DNA from: an uncultured bacterium
GTDB lineage: Bacteria; Patescibacteriota; Minisyncoccia; UBA6257; 2-01-FULL-56-20
DNA: 64,000 nt
NCBI GenBank assembly: GCA_963844965.1
Contig: CAWJQC010000007.1
Coordinates: 224,001-288,000 of the forward strand
Direction of reading: 5' to 3'
Of the stretch, positions 46,441-57,162 are shown in pieces. The notes beneath the pieces were generated by a model, which saw nothing but the letters and a program-made list of their open reading frames with translations, did not search any database and was not told the DNA's origin. Position 1 is the stretch's first letter. Every line of letters starts with the position of its first letter. Made by a program: the position numbers and the translations under genes.

Positions 46441-47640
46441 CTAAAACCCGAAGTGATTTAGAAGAATTGCTTTAAGATCCATTTTCCGCAACGATTGCCA
46501 GAAAATCTTATGCGAAAGCTTTTTCTTTCTGCGGATTTTTTCTTCCTCGGTCACTTTGCCGCCCATTGAGTGCGCGAGAGTGCCGTGGCGGTCGCTATAG
46601 GGGAAGATTTTCACCTTGTTGAAGTGGAATTTATCTAAGACTGCGGAGGTCGCAAGAAAGTCCGCTTCGGTTTCGCCCGGAAATCCGACGATGATGTGGG
46701 TGTTGATCTTGAGGCGAGGATTTGCCTCCCGGATGCGCTCAAGAAGAGGGAGCACGCGTTCCATGGCATACGGCCGCTGCATCAGGTTGAGAATCCTTTG
46801 ACTGCCGCTTTCAATGGGAATGGTGATGAAGATAATTTTTGGCGAGGAAAGCGCCGCGAAAAGCCGTTTTTCGTATCTAACAAGCGCGGCTGGATTGAAT
46901 TCGGTGAGCACCAATCTGAAGTCCTGTTTCATCGCGAGGATTTGCTCTAGAAGATCGGCGATGCTCTCGCCGCGGTCTTGGCCGAACATTCCTACGTCAT
47001 CTGCGTTGAGGGAAAAAATACAGTATCCTTCCTCAAGACCGCACAGGAATTCACGCATAATATCCGCTGTTGGCTTTGATACCAGTTTGCCGCGGGCAAG
47101 CCGTTCGGCGCAGTAGGTACAGGTTCCGAGGCATCCTTCTGAAATTTTGAGATGGAAGACTTTTTCCTTGTCGTAGAGATACGTAAAGTAATCGTCGCGC
47201 AGGAACACGCGGTTCAGCAGCCGCATCAATCTTCCGCCGCGAGACCACTCCCTATGCACTTTGTGACCTATCTTGCGTTCGGCACGACTGAGATTGAACA
47301 TATTTATCGCTTCTTCCAGATTTCGGCCGGAGAAAAATCTCCCTTCGGCATTTATCTCGCGCAATCTTTGAGGATTGATGTCGGGCAGACAGCCGAAAAC
47401 GACCACCTCCTGGTTTTTTCGTTTGGCGTTGAGGAGCTTCGTGATCTCGCTGACGGCTTTTTCTTCGGCGCTTTCCATGAACGCGCAGCTGTTGATGAGG
47501 ATGATATCTGCTTCGTTCGCGCTTGGCGCTTCAATCCAGTTGTTCGCGCTGAGCAGTTCTTTCACGTCCTCTCCACAGAGCATCAGTCGGACGCACACAT
47601 TCTCGTTGACCAGGTGAAATTTCCGCGGAAGTTTGCCCAT
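46441..47640 (-). CDS. Radical SAM methylthiotransferase (MiaB/RimO family)
   Basis: MTTase N-domain (INSCAF), radical SAM CLGTCTYC cluster, C-terminal TRAM-like region; 399 aa. Confidence 0.8.
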   Translation of the reverse strand: MGKLPRKFHLVNENVCVRLMLCGEDVKELLSANNWIEAPSANEADIILINSCAFMESAEEKAVSEITKLLNAKRKNQEVVVFGCLPDINPQRLREINAEGRFFSGRNLEEAINMFNLSRAERKIGHKVHREWSRGGRLMRLLNRVFLRDDYFTYLYDKEKVFHLKISEGCLGTCTYCAERLARGKLVSKPTADIMREFLCGLEEGYCIFSLNADDVGMFGQDRGESIADLLEQILAMKQDFRLVLTEFNPAALVRYEKRLFAALSSPKIIFITIPIESGSQRILNLMQRPYAMERVLPLLERIREANPRLKINTHIIVGFPGETEADFLATSAVLDKFHFNKVKIFPYSDRHGTLAHSMGGKVTEEEKIRRKKKLSHKIFWQSLRKMDLKAILLNHFGF

Positions 47641-47805
47641 TTTTCGTTTCCTTTTATGGTTAAAATTTCAACGGAACCTATAGCTACCTGATTATTAGCA
47701 TAAAGTTGGGTCGTGAGTCAATTTTAAGTTTCGGATAGGCTTTGAAGTTTTCAGGGAACATATCGGTCCCAACATGCGAACCGGAAAGGTTCGCTGAACG
47801 AAATA

Positions 47806-47836
47806 AAGGGCCTGGATTCCCGGGCCCTTTTTCTGT
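47806..47836 (+). terminator. Stem-loop plus T-tract in a gene-free plus-strand region (possible sRNA end or attenuator)
   Basis: GGGCC...CGGGCCC followed by TTTTT; preceded by the perfect hairpin GCGAACC-GGAAA-GGTTCGC at 47776-47794. Confidence 0.5.
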
Positions 47837-47908
47837 GTGAAAAACCGCAATTTGCTCTATATAAAACCAAAATGAAACTTTTTACCGGCACTTATCGTAT
47901 GTATAAGT

Positions 47909-48850
47909 ATGAAAAACAACAAATTGTGGTTTCTGGTGTCGGCTTTAGGGGTTGTGATGGCGGTTGGTTTCGCTTTCAGCGCGGCGCACGCTCAAATGCC
48001 GCAGGGTAATTTTGGCCAACCGGGCCAACAGGGAGGCGGTTTTGGCCAGGGAAACCCGGCAGGAGGACCAAATTCCGCGCGTCACAACATGAAGATGCCG
48101 TTCTCCGGCGTGACCGGCACCGTGACGGCGGTGAATGGCATGACGATAAGTGTTCAAAGCTCGCGTGCGTCAAGCACGATTTACGCCGTTGATGCGAGCA
48201 ATGCGACGGTGAGGAAAAATAACGCTACAAGTACGGTTTCCGCGATCGCGGTGGGGGACAGGGTGCTCGTCAGGGGCACGGTGAACGGCACTTCCGTTAC
48301 CGCCGCGAGCATTATTGATGGAAATTTTGGTCGCGGTTTCGCTGGGAACGGGAATCCGTTCAATGCCAGTTCGTCGGCCAACGGAATGCCATTCGGTCGC
48401 GGCAGAGGCGGCCGTCCGTTCGGCGCGGTGAGTGGAACAATGCCGTTCGTGAGCGGTACATTTCCTTTTGCGAGCGGGACATCGCCGTTCGCCAGCGGCA
48501 CGCCGCCGTTCGGCAGATTCGGCGGGCTTGGCGGAGAAAGCATCACGGGCACCGTGGCCTCGGTTGGCAATTCAACGCTAACCGTGACTGGGAATAACGG
48601 GACAACGTACACAGTGGATATTTCAAGCGCCACGCTCGTGAAGCAGGGGAACGCGACAAGTTCGGTCTCGGCTATCAACGTCGGCGACAGTGTGCAGATC
48701 CAGGGTAACGTGAGCGGCACTTCTGTCACCGCGAACATAATTGTTGATAATGTCAGCCAGAGTTCTTCCAATCGGGGGTTCTTCGGCACCATCGAAGGCG
48801 CTATCGGAAACCTTTTCTCCAAACTGTTTCATTTCAATTTCAGGTTCTAA
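47909..48850 (+). CDS. Secreted protein with two DUF5666-like beta domains separated by a Gly/Phe/Pro-rich linker
   Basis: Signal peptide; internal duplication ITGTV..V...T..V......Y.VD.S.AT....NATS.VSAI.VGD.V...G.V.GTSVTA..I. Confidence 0.6.
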   Translation: MKNNKLWFLVSALGVVMAVGFAFSAAHAQMPQGNFGQPGQQGGGFGQGNPAGGPNSARHNMKMPFSGVTGTVTAVNGMTISVQSSRASSTIYAVDASNATVRKNNATSTVSAIAVGDRVLVRGTVNGTSVTAASIIDGNFGRGFAGNGNPFNASSSANGMPFGRGRGGRPFGAVSGTMPFVSGTFPFASGTSPFASGTPPFGRFGGLGGESITGTVASVGNSTLTVTGNNGTTYTVDISSATLVKQGNATSSVSAINVGDSVQIQGNVSGTSVTANIIVDNVSQSSSNRGFFGTIEGAIGNLFSKLFHFNFRF

Positions 48851-48985
48851 CTCCAAAAATTATCTGGCAGTCGTCAGCAAAGCCCCGAATGAATCGGGGC
48901 TTTGTTGATTGTTCTAAAATAAAAAGCGCCGTCCGGTTGGGCGGCGCGCGCTGTAATGTGTGGTGAATAAGCCGTAATTTCTTAA

Positions 48986-50563
48986 TCAACGCAGCCCCGC
49001 AGACTTTTCGTTCGCGTATTTTTCTATGTCGGCCAGAAAAGAACCGCCCTTCTGTTTTTTCTGCCACTGCCGGATAAGAAGATGCCCTCCGTACTTTATG
49101 AAATCCCGGAGCCAGGCGCGCTCAAAGTAGTGCTTCCACCCCTTAAAGAAATAGTGTAGATGGAAAGTTTTGAAGATGAGCTTGAAGAGGCTGAACGAGC
49201 TGTAAAACCATTTCATAATCTCAATTGGTTTTTCCTGAAATTCCTTGAGCGTCATGTTGTCTGGAATGAAGCAGGGGTAATTCCCGTCGTAGTATCTCCA
49301 ACGGACGATATTGAGCGGAAAGATTCTTCCTTCTCTATCAAGCCTCTTCCGAAGGTCTGTCCCCACCAAGGGCACGGGGTGCAGAACCTGAATGCTGTCT
49401 ATTTTGGCTTCGCGAATGAACACCTTGAAGCGCCTAACCATTTCTGAAACGCTTATTTCGGATCGCTGTTCGTTTGGATAACCGAAGATAAACATTCCAT
49501 GCACCCAGAAATACCGGCGCAGAGTTTTTGTCCACTCCGCCATGTTCTTGGAAAGATAACCCTTGCGCATGGCTTTAAGGTCCTCATCTATCGGTGATTC
49601 ATAGCCAATGCAGACCATACTCACGCCGGCTTTTTTCATCGTCTCAAGAATCGGGATATTCCTCGCCGTTTCTAACCTTATCTGAACCGAGAAATCTAAG
49701 CTGTCTCTATATTTTTCGTGGATTAGCCTGAAGAATTCAACAACACCTTCAAGGTTTTCTTCCAGGCGGTCGTCCACGATGAAGAATTTTTTTGCGCCGT
49801 ATTTTTCCACGAGCCATTTCACCGTATTGAACACGTGCAGGGGGCTCGCCCAGCGCGGCTTGCCTTTCACACTGCAGAATTCGCAGTTCATGGCACAGCC
49901 GCGGACGCGGCCGATGGGATAGAGCTTGATCTTTTTCACGTGCCGCAGGAGACCGAAATCCGGGTAGGGAAGATCGCTCAAGTCCGGCAATTCAAGCATC
50001 TGTGGCGGATTAGTTGTCTGCTCGTAGTCCAATTCCCGGAACCAGAAGGAAATTCCAGGGATATCAGCAAGATTTCCACAGTTCTTGAGGGTTGTGAGAA
50101 TCTGCTGAATGGCGATTTCTCCATCGCCATGGACGACAATGTCGATATTATTTTTCAATGTCTCCTCCGGGCAGTAATGGGCGTGCCAGCCGCCGGCAAT
50201 GTTTATAGCTCCTTGGTCGTAGTAAAATTTGGCCAATTCAAAAACGCGATCCATAGTGGAAGAAAGTCCGCAGTAAAAACCGACAACCGAAGCCGGGTCT
50301 TCTTTTTGCAGTTTTTCGTGGTCCGGCAGACCACGTTCGTCACGTGGGCCTTTGTAATTGTTTTCGTCAATGACTTCAACTCTCCATCCCCAAACTTTAT
50401 TTGCCGCGGTCGCCACGCTTATGATTCCGAGGGGCGTGGTCTGCTCGGCAATGCGCGAAAAAATGTTCACTTCCGGGAAAGCGGGGGCGATAAAGCGAAT
50501 CAGGGGCCAGTCATCGCTCGTTATTAGCGGTTTCACTATTCTGCCTCCGATGAAAGTTCTCAA
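48986..50563 (-). CDS. B12-binding domain radical SAM protein
   Basis: N-terminal cobalamin-binding Rossmann-like domain and CAMNCEFC radical SAM cluster; 525 aa. Confidence 0.8.
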   Translation of the reverse strand: MRTFIGGRIVKPLITSDDWPLIRFIAPAFPEVNIFSRIAEQTTPLGIISVATAANKVWGWRVEVIDENNYKGPRDERGLPDHEKLQKEDPASVVGFYCGLSSTMDRVFELAKFYYDQGAINIAGGWHAHYCPEETLKNNIDIVVHGDGEIAIQQILTTLKNCGNLADIPGISFWFRELDYEQTTNPPQMLELPDLSDLPYPDFGLLRHVKKIKLYPIGRVRGCAMNCEFCSVKGKPRWASPLHVFNTVKWLVEKYGAKKFFIVDDRLEENLEGVVEFFRLIHEKYRDSLDFSVQIRLETARNIPILETMKKAGVSMVCIGYESPIDEDLKAMRKGYLSKNMAEWTKTLRRYFWVHGMFIFGYPNEQRSEISVSEMVRRFKVFIREAKIDSIQVLHPVPLVGTDLRKRLDREGRIFPLNIVRWRYYDGNYPCFIPDNMTLKEFQEKPIEIMKWFYSSFSLFKLIFKTFHLHYFFKGWKHYFERAWLRDFIKYGGHLLIRQWQKKQKGGSFLADIEKYANEKSAGLR

Positions 50564-50705
50564 ATAATCTAAGGATTATAGTACTATCTATTGGGCAAAA
50601 AAAACAAGACCCAGCTTGCCACGAGTCGCAGAAATTCTTACGCTCCGCCAAGCGAATAAAACAGGCCCGCTCGGCGTTTCGGTGTCTAAAAGCTGCTTCC
50701 AATAA

Positions 50706-51717
50706 CTATAATTTGAAAACCATTCTGGCGAACGTATAAAGAATTGCGGCTATAATGGCAGCCATGGGAATGGTTAAAACCCAGACCCAGATAATTCGCA
50801 GAGTCACGCCCCATTTTACGGCAGAAACGTGCTTGGCCGCGCCGACTCCAGAAATAGCACCGGTTATGACGTGTGTGGTTGAAACCGGCACGCCCAGATA
50901 AGTGGCGAAGAAAATGCTGATGGCGGAAGCCGACTCGGCACAGACACCGTCAATTGGTCGGAGTTTCGTGATTTTTTGGCCCATGGTTTTGACAATGCGC
51001 CAGCCGCCGGAAAGAGTGCCCATTCCAATGGCCGCGTGCGCCATAAGCACGACCCAGAGCGGAATTTTGAAAGTGCTGATAAGCCCGGCAGAAAACAAGA
51101 GGCTCGTGACAATGCCCATGGTTTTTTGTGCGTCGTTGCTGCCGTTACCCAGGCTGTACGCCGCGGCCGAAACAAGTTGCAGGCGCCTTGACCAAATATT
51201 CACCGGTCCCGGCGAAGCTTTAGTTTTATACAAAACCCAGAGAGTAGCGCTGATAAAGATCATGCCCAGGACCATGCCGATGATCGGCGCGAGAAAAATA
51301 AATATGATCGTTTTGTTCCATCCTTGCCAGATGATTACGTTTAGTCCCGCCTTGGCTACGGCCGCGCCGGCGTAACCACCGATCAGCGCGTGTGAGGAAC
51401 TAGTAGGCAACCCCAGCCGCCAAGTGATGATATTCCAGATAATTGCGCCGAGAAGCCCCACTAAAATCACATAAGGAGTTACTACGTTGATGTCTATGAG
51501 ACCCTTGCCGATGGTGGAAGCGACTGTAGTGCCGAAGATAAGGAAGGCAACGAAATTAAAAAATGCCGCCCAAACTACGGCTTGGCGCGGCGAGAGCACG
51601 CGGGTGGATACGATGGTAGCAATGGAGTTGGCCGCGTCGTGCATGCCGTTCGTGAAGTCAAAGATGCACCGCTACCAAAATGATCCCTATGACGAGCAAC
51701 AGGCTATAGCTCAGCAT
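50706..51717 (-). CDS. pitA: Inorganic phosphate transporter, PiT family; the N-terminal ~20 codons are in a different frame (1-nt indel near 51662-51668)
   Basis: MLSYSLLLVIGIILVAV (frame 1) then IFDFTNGMHDAANSIATIVSTRVL (PiT signature) in the ORF-track frame. Confidence 0.75.
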
Positions 51718-51725
51718 TCTTTTGC

Positions 51726-52349
51726 TTACGAAGATTTGACTATTATGCCCTGAATGATATCGCCTATTTGCTGAAATCTGTCCATAACGTTTTCCAGAGT
51801 TTCCAGGATGTCTTTGAGTTTAATGACCACGATGGGATCGGTGTGGTTTTGGAAAAGTTCGCCGATGGCCCGGCCGAAGATTTCATCACCCCGATCTTCC
51901 AGATGGTGCATTTTCAGTTTAATGCGGTCTAAATGTTCGGTATGCTTAAGTTTTTCCAGGCAATCCAGAAGTTCCGTTAGGCAATGGCTGGCACCGACCA
52001 TGATTTCTGCGAATTCTTTAAAAGCCGGATGGTTCTGTGTCAGGCGGTAAATTTGGATATTGTGGATGACATATTCTATCCAGTCAATGACGTCATCCAT
52101 TTCGCCGGCCAAACGGTAAATATCCTCGCGGTCAAAAGGAGTGATGAAAGTTTTGTTGAGCTTGTCTACGATGGCGTAGGTATCGGCATCGCCGCGGTGC
52201 TCCAGTTCTTTTGCCTTTTTGGCGTAGCCCTCAAAATCCTTGAAATTCTTTACCAACTCTTGAAATAAGCTGGTAATCTGCGTTATGTCCCGGTCTACAT
52301 TTTTAAACAGCTCGTTAAAGACGGGCTGTTTTGGGGCGAAGAATCTCAT
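51726..52349 (-). CDS. DUF47 / PhoU-like phosphate transport regulator (Pit accessory protein)
   Basis: 207-aa helical protein of the YkaA/TIGR00153 type, directly upstream of and co-oriented with pitA. Confidence 0.7.
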   Translation of the reverse strand: MRFFAPKQPVFNELFKNVDRDITQITSLFQELVKNFKDFEGYAKKAKELEHRGDADTYAIVDKLNKTFITPFDREDIYRLAGEMDDVIDWIEYVIHNIQIYRLTQNHPAFKEFAEIMVGASHCLTELLDCLEKLKHTEHLDRIKLKMHHLEDRGDEIFGRAIGELFQNHTDPIVVIKLKDILETLENVMDRFQQIGDIIQGIIVKSS

Positions 52350-52468
52350 GTTTACTTAAGTATACCATATGGCCGTAGATAACAGCTTTCTCGGTTGGCC
52401 GCCCGCCCGAAACTTTTATCTTCAGAAAGTCGTATAATAAAGGTAATAAATAATTAATAACAAAAACC

Positions 52469-54491
52469 ATGAAGAATACTTCCTGGACGGTGGGTGTTTT
52501 GGTGGTTTGTGTTTCTGTAAGTTTGCTTGCGGCGTCAAGCGCTTACGCGGCTACGCCGACGCTTTCGCTCGCGGTGACGAGCGGGGATTCTGTGCAGATA
52601 AACGTGATCGGCGATTCGAATTTTCCGGTCGTGTTTTATTACAATGTCGGCAGTTCTTCCGGAACGAACACAACGACGCTCGGTAGTACGAACTCCAGCG
52701 GCGTTTTTTCAACAACGATAAGCACGGGCGCGTACGCGATAAACTCCAGCTATCCGGTATATGTCGTAGTGGATGGTCAGCAGTCAGCTACACAAACCTG
52801 GCCTTACGGCGCCAGTACTTCCTCGGGTACAAGCGGTACGCCAGTACTCAGCCAGACAAGCGTTACGGTCGGTATCGGGCAGTCAGTGACCGTGACTTCG
52901 CAGGGAGGCAGCGGCATCTATTTGGTGTCCAATTCCAATTCTTCTGTGGCCGCCGCTTACGTATCTGGGACACAGGTTGTTGTTACCGGAAGCCAGCTGG
53001 GTTCAACGACAATGACAATCTGTTATGTGGGTACCGCTTCCAATTGCACGAATTTGTATGTGAATGTGCAGAGCGGAACCGTGCAGGCGCTCACGTTCAG
53101 CCCGAACAACATTTCCTTATCGGTCGGTGGCAGTCAATCTGTGACCATAAGCGGCGGGAGTGGAACGTATAGTTTGTCTTCCAATTCAAACTCCAGCGCC
53201 GTTTCCGTGAATTTATCGGGAAACACGCTTACGGTGACAGCCATCGCGGCCGGGAGCGCCAATATAACGGCATGCGACACGTCGGGAAATTGTAGTGTCT
53301 TATATGTGACGGTGGGCGGAAGCTCAACAAGCGGTTCCTTGTCTTTCAGCCAGACGAATCCGTCTATAGCGGTCGGACAGGTTATAAGCGTGAGTGTTTA
53401 CGGCGGAAGCGGCTATTACGTGTCCGCTAACACGAACTCCGGCATCGCCTCGCAAACGCTGAATGGCAACACACTCTCAATCTCTGGTCTGGCAGCCGGA
53501 GCGACGACGATCACCGTATGTTCGGCGGTGAACGGCTGCGGCTACCTTTATGTCACCGTCGGTTCGTCATCCGGCACGAGCCAGACAATTACTTTTAGCC
53601 AGACGAATCCGTCCATAGCGGTCGGACAGGTTATAAGCGTGAGTGTTTACGGCGGGAGCGGGTATTACGTAACGGGCAACACGAATTCCAGTGTCGCTTC
53701 GCAAGCCCTTAATGGGAGCATACTTTCCATCTCCGGATTGGCAAGTGGCGCCACGACTATCACGGTATGTTCCGTGGCTAATGGCTGTGGTTCGATTTAC
53801 GTCACGGTCGGTTCGTCGTCGGGCTCGAGTATGGCCATCACCTTTGGCACGACCAATCCCACTATTACAACGGGGCAAAGTATGAACATCTCGCTTTCTG
53901 GCGGTTCCGGTTATTTCGTTTCGTCTAATCCAAGTACGAATATTGCGCAGGCAAGCGTTACGGGCAATACGCTTGCGCTCTATGGCGTGGGCGTCGGCTC
54001 CGATTCGCTTACGATTTGCGCGAGTTCCGGCGGCTGCAACACGCTTTACGTCACAGCTGACAAGCGTGACGACCGTTCCGACCACCACGCAGACACAGCA
54101 AACAGTTGTTTCGAGCGCTTGGATAACCGAGATCCAGACAATGCAGACCCAGCTCACAAATATCCTCGCCCAAATCCAAACTTTACAAAGTAACCTTGCA
54201 AATCTTCTTACGCAAGTTACCGCCGGCGCGCAAAGTCCAAGCGTAAGTGGCACGACGACCGCGCAATCCAGCGGCTATAAATTCTACAGCCCGCTCTCGC
54301 TTGGCTCGAGCGGCGCAGACGTCACGGCATTGCAGACCCTCTTGGCCGCGAAGGGATATTACACTGGTTCCATAACCGGTTACTACGGTACGGCGACGAT
54401 GGACGCGGTGATGGAATACCAGACGGCTCATGGTATCACGCCGCTCGGCAACGTGGGTCCCGCCACCCGCGCGGCGCTGAACGCGGAATAA
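52469..54491 (+). CDS. Large secreted surface protein: signal peptide, multiple Ig-like repeats, Thr/Gln-rich coiled-coil linker, C-terminal peptidoglycan-binding domain; 1-nt frameshift near 54050
   Basis: Tandem near-identical ~80-aa repeats; C-terminal GADVTALQTLLAAKGYYTGSITGYYGTATMDAVMEYQ matches PG_binding_1, but only in the overlapping ORF 53943..54491. Confidence 0.7.
53320..53830 (+). repeat. Near-identical ~246-bp tandem duplication encoding Ig-like domains
   Basis: Blocks starting about 53335 and 53580 share more than 90% nucleotide identity. Confidence 0.7.
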
Positions 54492-54527
54492 CAGTGGTAT
54501 TTGTTTTTGAACCAAAAACTCTACAAA

Positions 54528-54563
54528 CTGCCCCGACTGTGTAGTCGGAGCAGTTTTTATTTT
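54528..54563 (+). terminator. Rho-independent terminator
   Basis: CTGCCCCGAC-TGTGTA-GTCGGAGCAG followed by TTTTTATTTT. Confidence 0.7.
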
Positions 54564-54597
54564 GGCGGTAGGTGGCGCTATAATTAAATTGCTTACA

Positions 54598-55692
54598 ATG
54601 ATCAAATATTTATCAAGAACAAATCCCAGACTTCTTCAAGGCACGGCGCTCCTGCGGCTTGACTTCAACACGGAAGACGACTGGCGGATGCGGGCGGTTT
54701 TGCTGACAGTCCGCTTTTTATTAAAATACGCCTCAAAGATTATTATCGTAAGCCACAGGGGGCGGCCAAAGGGCCGCGACAAGAAATTCAGCCTGAAAGG
54801 AAGCGGTTTGCGCCTGCAAAAACTTCTGGGCCGCCGGGTTAAGTTCGTGCCGGACTTAAACTTCGCTTATATTAAGAAGGCAGTCGCTGATTCGCCGCAC
54901 GGCTCCATTGTTCTTTTGGAGAATTTGAGATTTTGGAAGGGGGAGGAGGCGAATGATTCGAAGTTCGCGAAACAATTGGCGTTGCTTGCCGATTATTTTG
55001 TGAACGACGCGTTCGCGGTTTCGCATCGGGCGAACGCTTCGGTCGCGGCAATCACGAAATTCCTGCCGAGTTATGCCGGGCTTGAATTGGAAAGGGAGAT
55101 CAAGTTCCTCGGGGGCGTGATGCGCCATCCACGCCATCCGTTTGTTTTTGTCGTAGGCGGGGCGAAAGCAAGCGACAAGCTCGGAGTTATGAAATATTTC
55201 AGAAGCAAGGTCGATTGGTTCCTTGTCGGCGGCGCTGCGGGAAATACGGTTCTCGCCCTTAAAGGAATGGGTATGAAAAAATCTCTTAGGGACAAGGACA
55301 AAAAAGATTTAAAAGGACTACGCGGGATTCTGAGGTATGAGAATGTTATATTGCCTGTGGATTTGAAATGGCATAACGGCGCCGCGCTTGATATCGGTCC
55401 GAGGACAATCGGAGCGTTCACCGGGAAAATCCGCCGCGCGAGAACTATAATTTGGAGCGGTCCGGTCGGCTATTTTGAGAAGCGCGGTTTTGACAAGGGG
55501 AATCTTGCGGTAGCGCGCGCGATAGCGGCGAACCGCAAGGCGTTCAAGCTCACCGGTGGCGGCGAAACGGTGATGTTCCTAAAGAAACACCATTTAGATA
55601 AGAAGTTTAGTTTTATTTCAACCGGCGGGGGAGCAATGCTTGATTTTTTAGCCGGAAAAAAACTTCCTGGGATAGAGGCATTAAGTAAATGA
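54598..55692 (+). CDS. pgk: Phosphoglycerate kinase
   Basis: N-domain VSHRGRPKG and hinge/C-domain motifs; TATAAT at 54579-54584 upstream; the ORF track start (54562) lies inside the upstream terminator, so ATG 54598 is preferred. Confidence 0.85.
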   Translation: MIKYLSRTNPRLLQGTALLRLDFNTEDDWRMRAVLLTVRFLLKYASKIIIVSHRGRPKGRDKKFSLKGSGLRLQKLLGRRVKFVPDLNFAYIKKAVADSPHGSIVLLENLRFWKGEEANDSKFAKQLALLADYFVNDAFAVSHRANASVAAITKFLPSYAGLELEREIKFLGGVMRHPRHPFVFVVGGAKASDKLGVMKYFRSKVDWFLVGGAAGNTVLALKGMGMKKSLRDKDKKDLKGLRGILRYENVILPVDLKWHNGAALDIGPRTIGAFTGKIRRARTIIWSGPVGYFEKRGFDKGNLAVARAIAANRKAFKLTGGGETVMFLKKHHLDKKFSFISTGGGAMLDFLAGKKLPGIEALSK

Positions 55693-56316
55693 AAAGTTTA
55701 TATAAAAAAGTGGCATTGGAATTAGCGGAAAAGGCGGGTAAAACTATGCTTGCTTATTTTACATTGGGGATGAAAAAGAATTGGAAAGAAGACAACACCC
55801 CCGTTACCGCAGCCGACATTGAAATTAACAAACTCGTTATCAAAACCATCCGCAAGAATTTTCCTGATCACGACGTGCTTGGCGAAGAGTTGAGCGATAT
55901 GAAAAGAGGAAGCGAGATGGTGTGGGTGTGCGATCCGATTGACGGCACAATCCCGTTTTCTCATGGGATTCCAACGAGCACCTTCTCGCTTGCGCTTGTT
56001 TGGCGCGGGAAGCCGATTATGGGCGTTGTTTATGACCCATTTCTCAAAAGAATGTTTTTTGCAGAGAAAGGCGGAGGCGCATTTCTCTGTAGCAAGAGAA
56101 TATACGTGAATTCGAAAAAAGAATTGCGGAGCTCTCTCGTAGGTATGGAGGTATGGAGGGAGGCACAATTCAATTTATCCCCGCTTCAGATAGCCATGAA
56201 GAACGAGGGCGCAAAAATAATCATTCCTTGCTCGACGGCGTATATGGGAATGCTTGTTGCGTGTGGCGAAGCCTCGGCAAGCATTTTTCCGGGATCTACC
56301 GCGCACGATGGCGCCG
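55689..56316 (+). pseudogene. Inositol monophosphatase-family protein (SuhB-like), 3' end truncated by the IS insertion
   Basis: WVCDPIDGT metal-binding motif; sequence is homologous up to the WDxAAG-equivalent (HDGAV) and is then replaced by IS-derived sequence from 56317. Confidence 0.7.
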
Positions 56317-56376
56317 TGAAAAGGACCCTTTTCTTTAGACAGTCATTCGACGATTTTTTCGCCGATTTTTTTCACT

Positions 56377-57162
56377 TTACCACGCCGCTAACTGCTCGGC
56401 AAACACGACTGGCGGCATCTTGAGGGCGGAGTGGATCCGCGTGTGGTTGTACTGCCACAAGGTGCTGTAGATCTCCGCCACGAGCTCGCCGAAGGTCCCG
56501 AACCGGTTGGGATCACCGAGGTCAATCTTGAACTTGTCATAGAACGATTCCTGGTAGCCGTTTTCCCATGGGGCACCGGGCCGCGACCGCGAGATCGTGA
56601 TGCCACAGTCCCCCAGTGTATCGGTGAACGCTCGTGCCTTGTACTCGCTGCCGTTGTCCGAATGGAAGATGACCGGATGCGGATGGTGGAAAAGCGCGTT
56701 GGCCAGGGTCTGTATCGTGAGGGGCGATCCTTTCCGCAACGCCACATGGACGCCCATCAATCGTCTCGTGAAAAGATCGAGTATCGTGGACACGTACACT
56801 TTCTTGCCGCGATACAGGAACTCCGTGAAATCGGTTGCCCAGACGTGGTTCGCGTACGAGGGCATGATGGCAAGTAAGAGGTTCGGAAAGGCCCGCGATG
56901 CCTTTGATTTCCGGTATTTCCTGCCTCGCCTCCGGTACGGCCTTATGCCGAAGATTCGCATGACGCGCTGCGCTCGCGGACGGCTCACGCCCAGAGCTTG
57001 TCCCAAGCGCCGGGAACCGTATGCCGGATGGCGCTGCAATTCTTCTTCCATGCGGATCTTGAGCGCCCAATCTTTCTTGTCCTGCCGTGATACGTAGTAG
57101 AGCGATGCCCGCGAGACGCCCATGGCCCGCGCCATGGCGGACTTGTTCCGCTTTTCCGTCAA
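56377..57162 (-). CDS. IS3-family transposase OrfB (DDE integrase core)
   Basis: rve-type DDE motifs including HSDNGSEY; in the -1 frame relative to orfA at CAAAAAAAG. Confidence 0.85.
   Translation of the reverse strand: MTEKRNKSAMARAMGVSRASLYYVSRQDKKDWALKIRMEEELQRHPAYGSRRLGQALGVSRPRAQRVMRIFGIRPYRRRGRKYRKSKASRAFPNLLLAIMPSYANHVWATDFTEFLYRGKKVYVSTILDLFTRRLMGVHVALRKGSPLTIQTLANALFHHPHPVIFHSDNGSEYKARAFTDTLGDCGITISRSRPGAPWENGYQESFYDKFKIDLGDPNRFGTFGELVAEIYSTLWQYNHTRIHSALKMPPVVFAEQLAAW

Noticed and set aside
48181-48822. 213-aa minus-strand ORF opposite the DUF5666 gene
   Set aside because: Antisense to a gene with a signal peptide and internal domain duplication; low-complexity Pro/Leu-rich artefact.
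56388-57097. Alternative ORFs overlapping the IS3 transposase genes on both strands
   Set aside because: Overlap the DDE transposase with a recognisable catalytic motif; high-GC frame artefacts.
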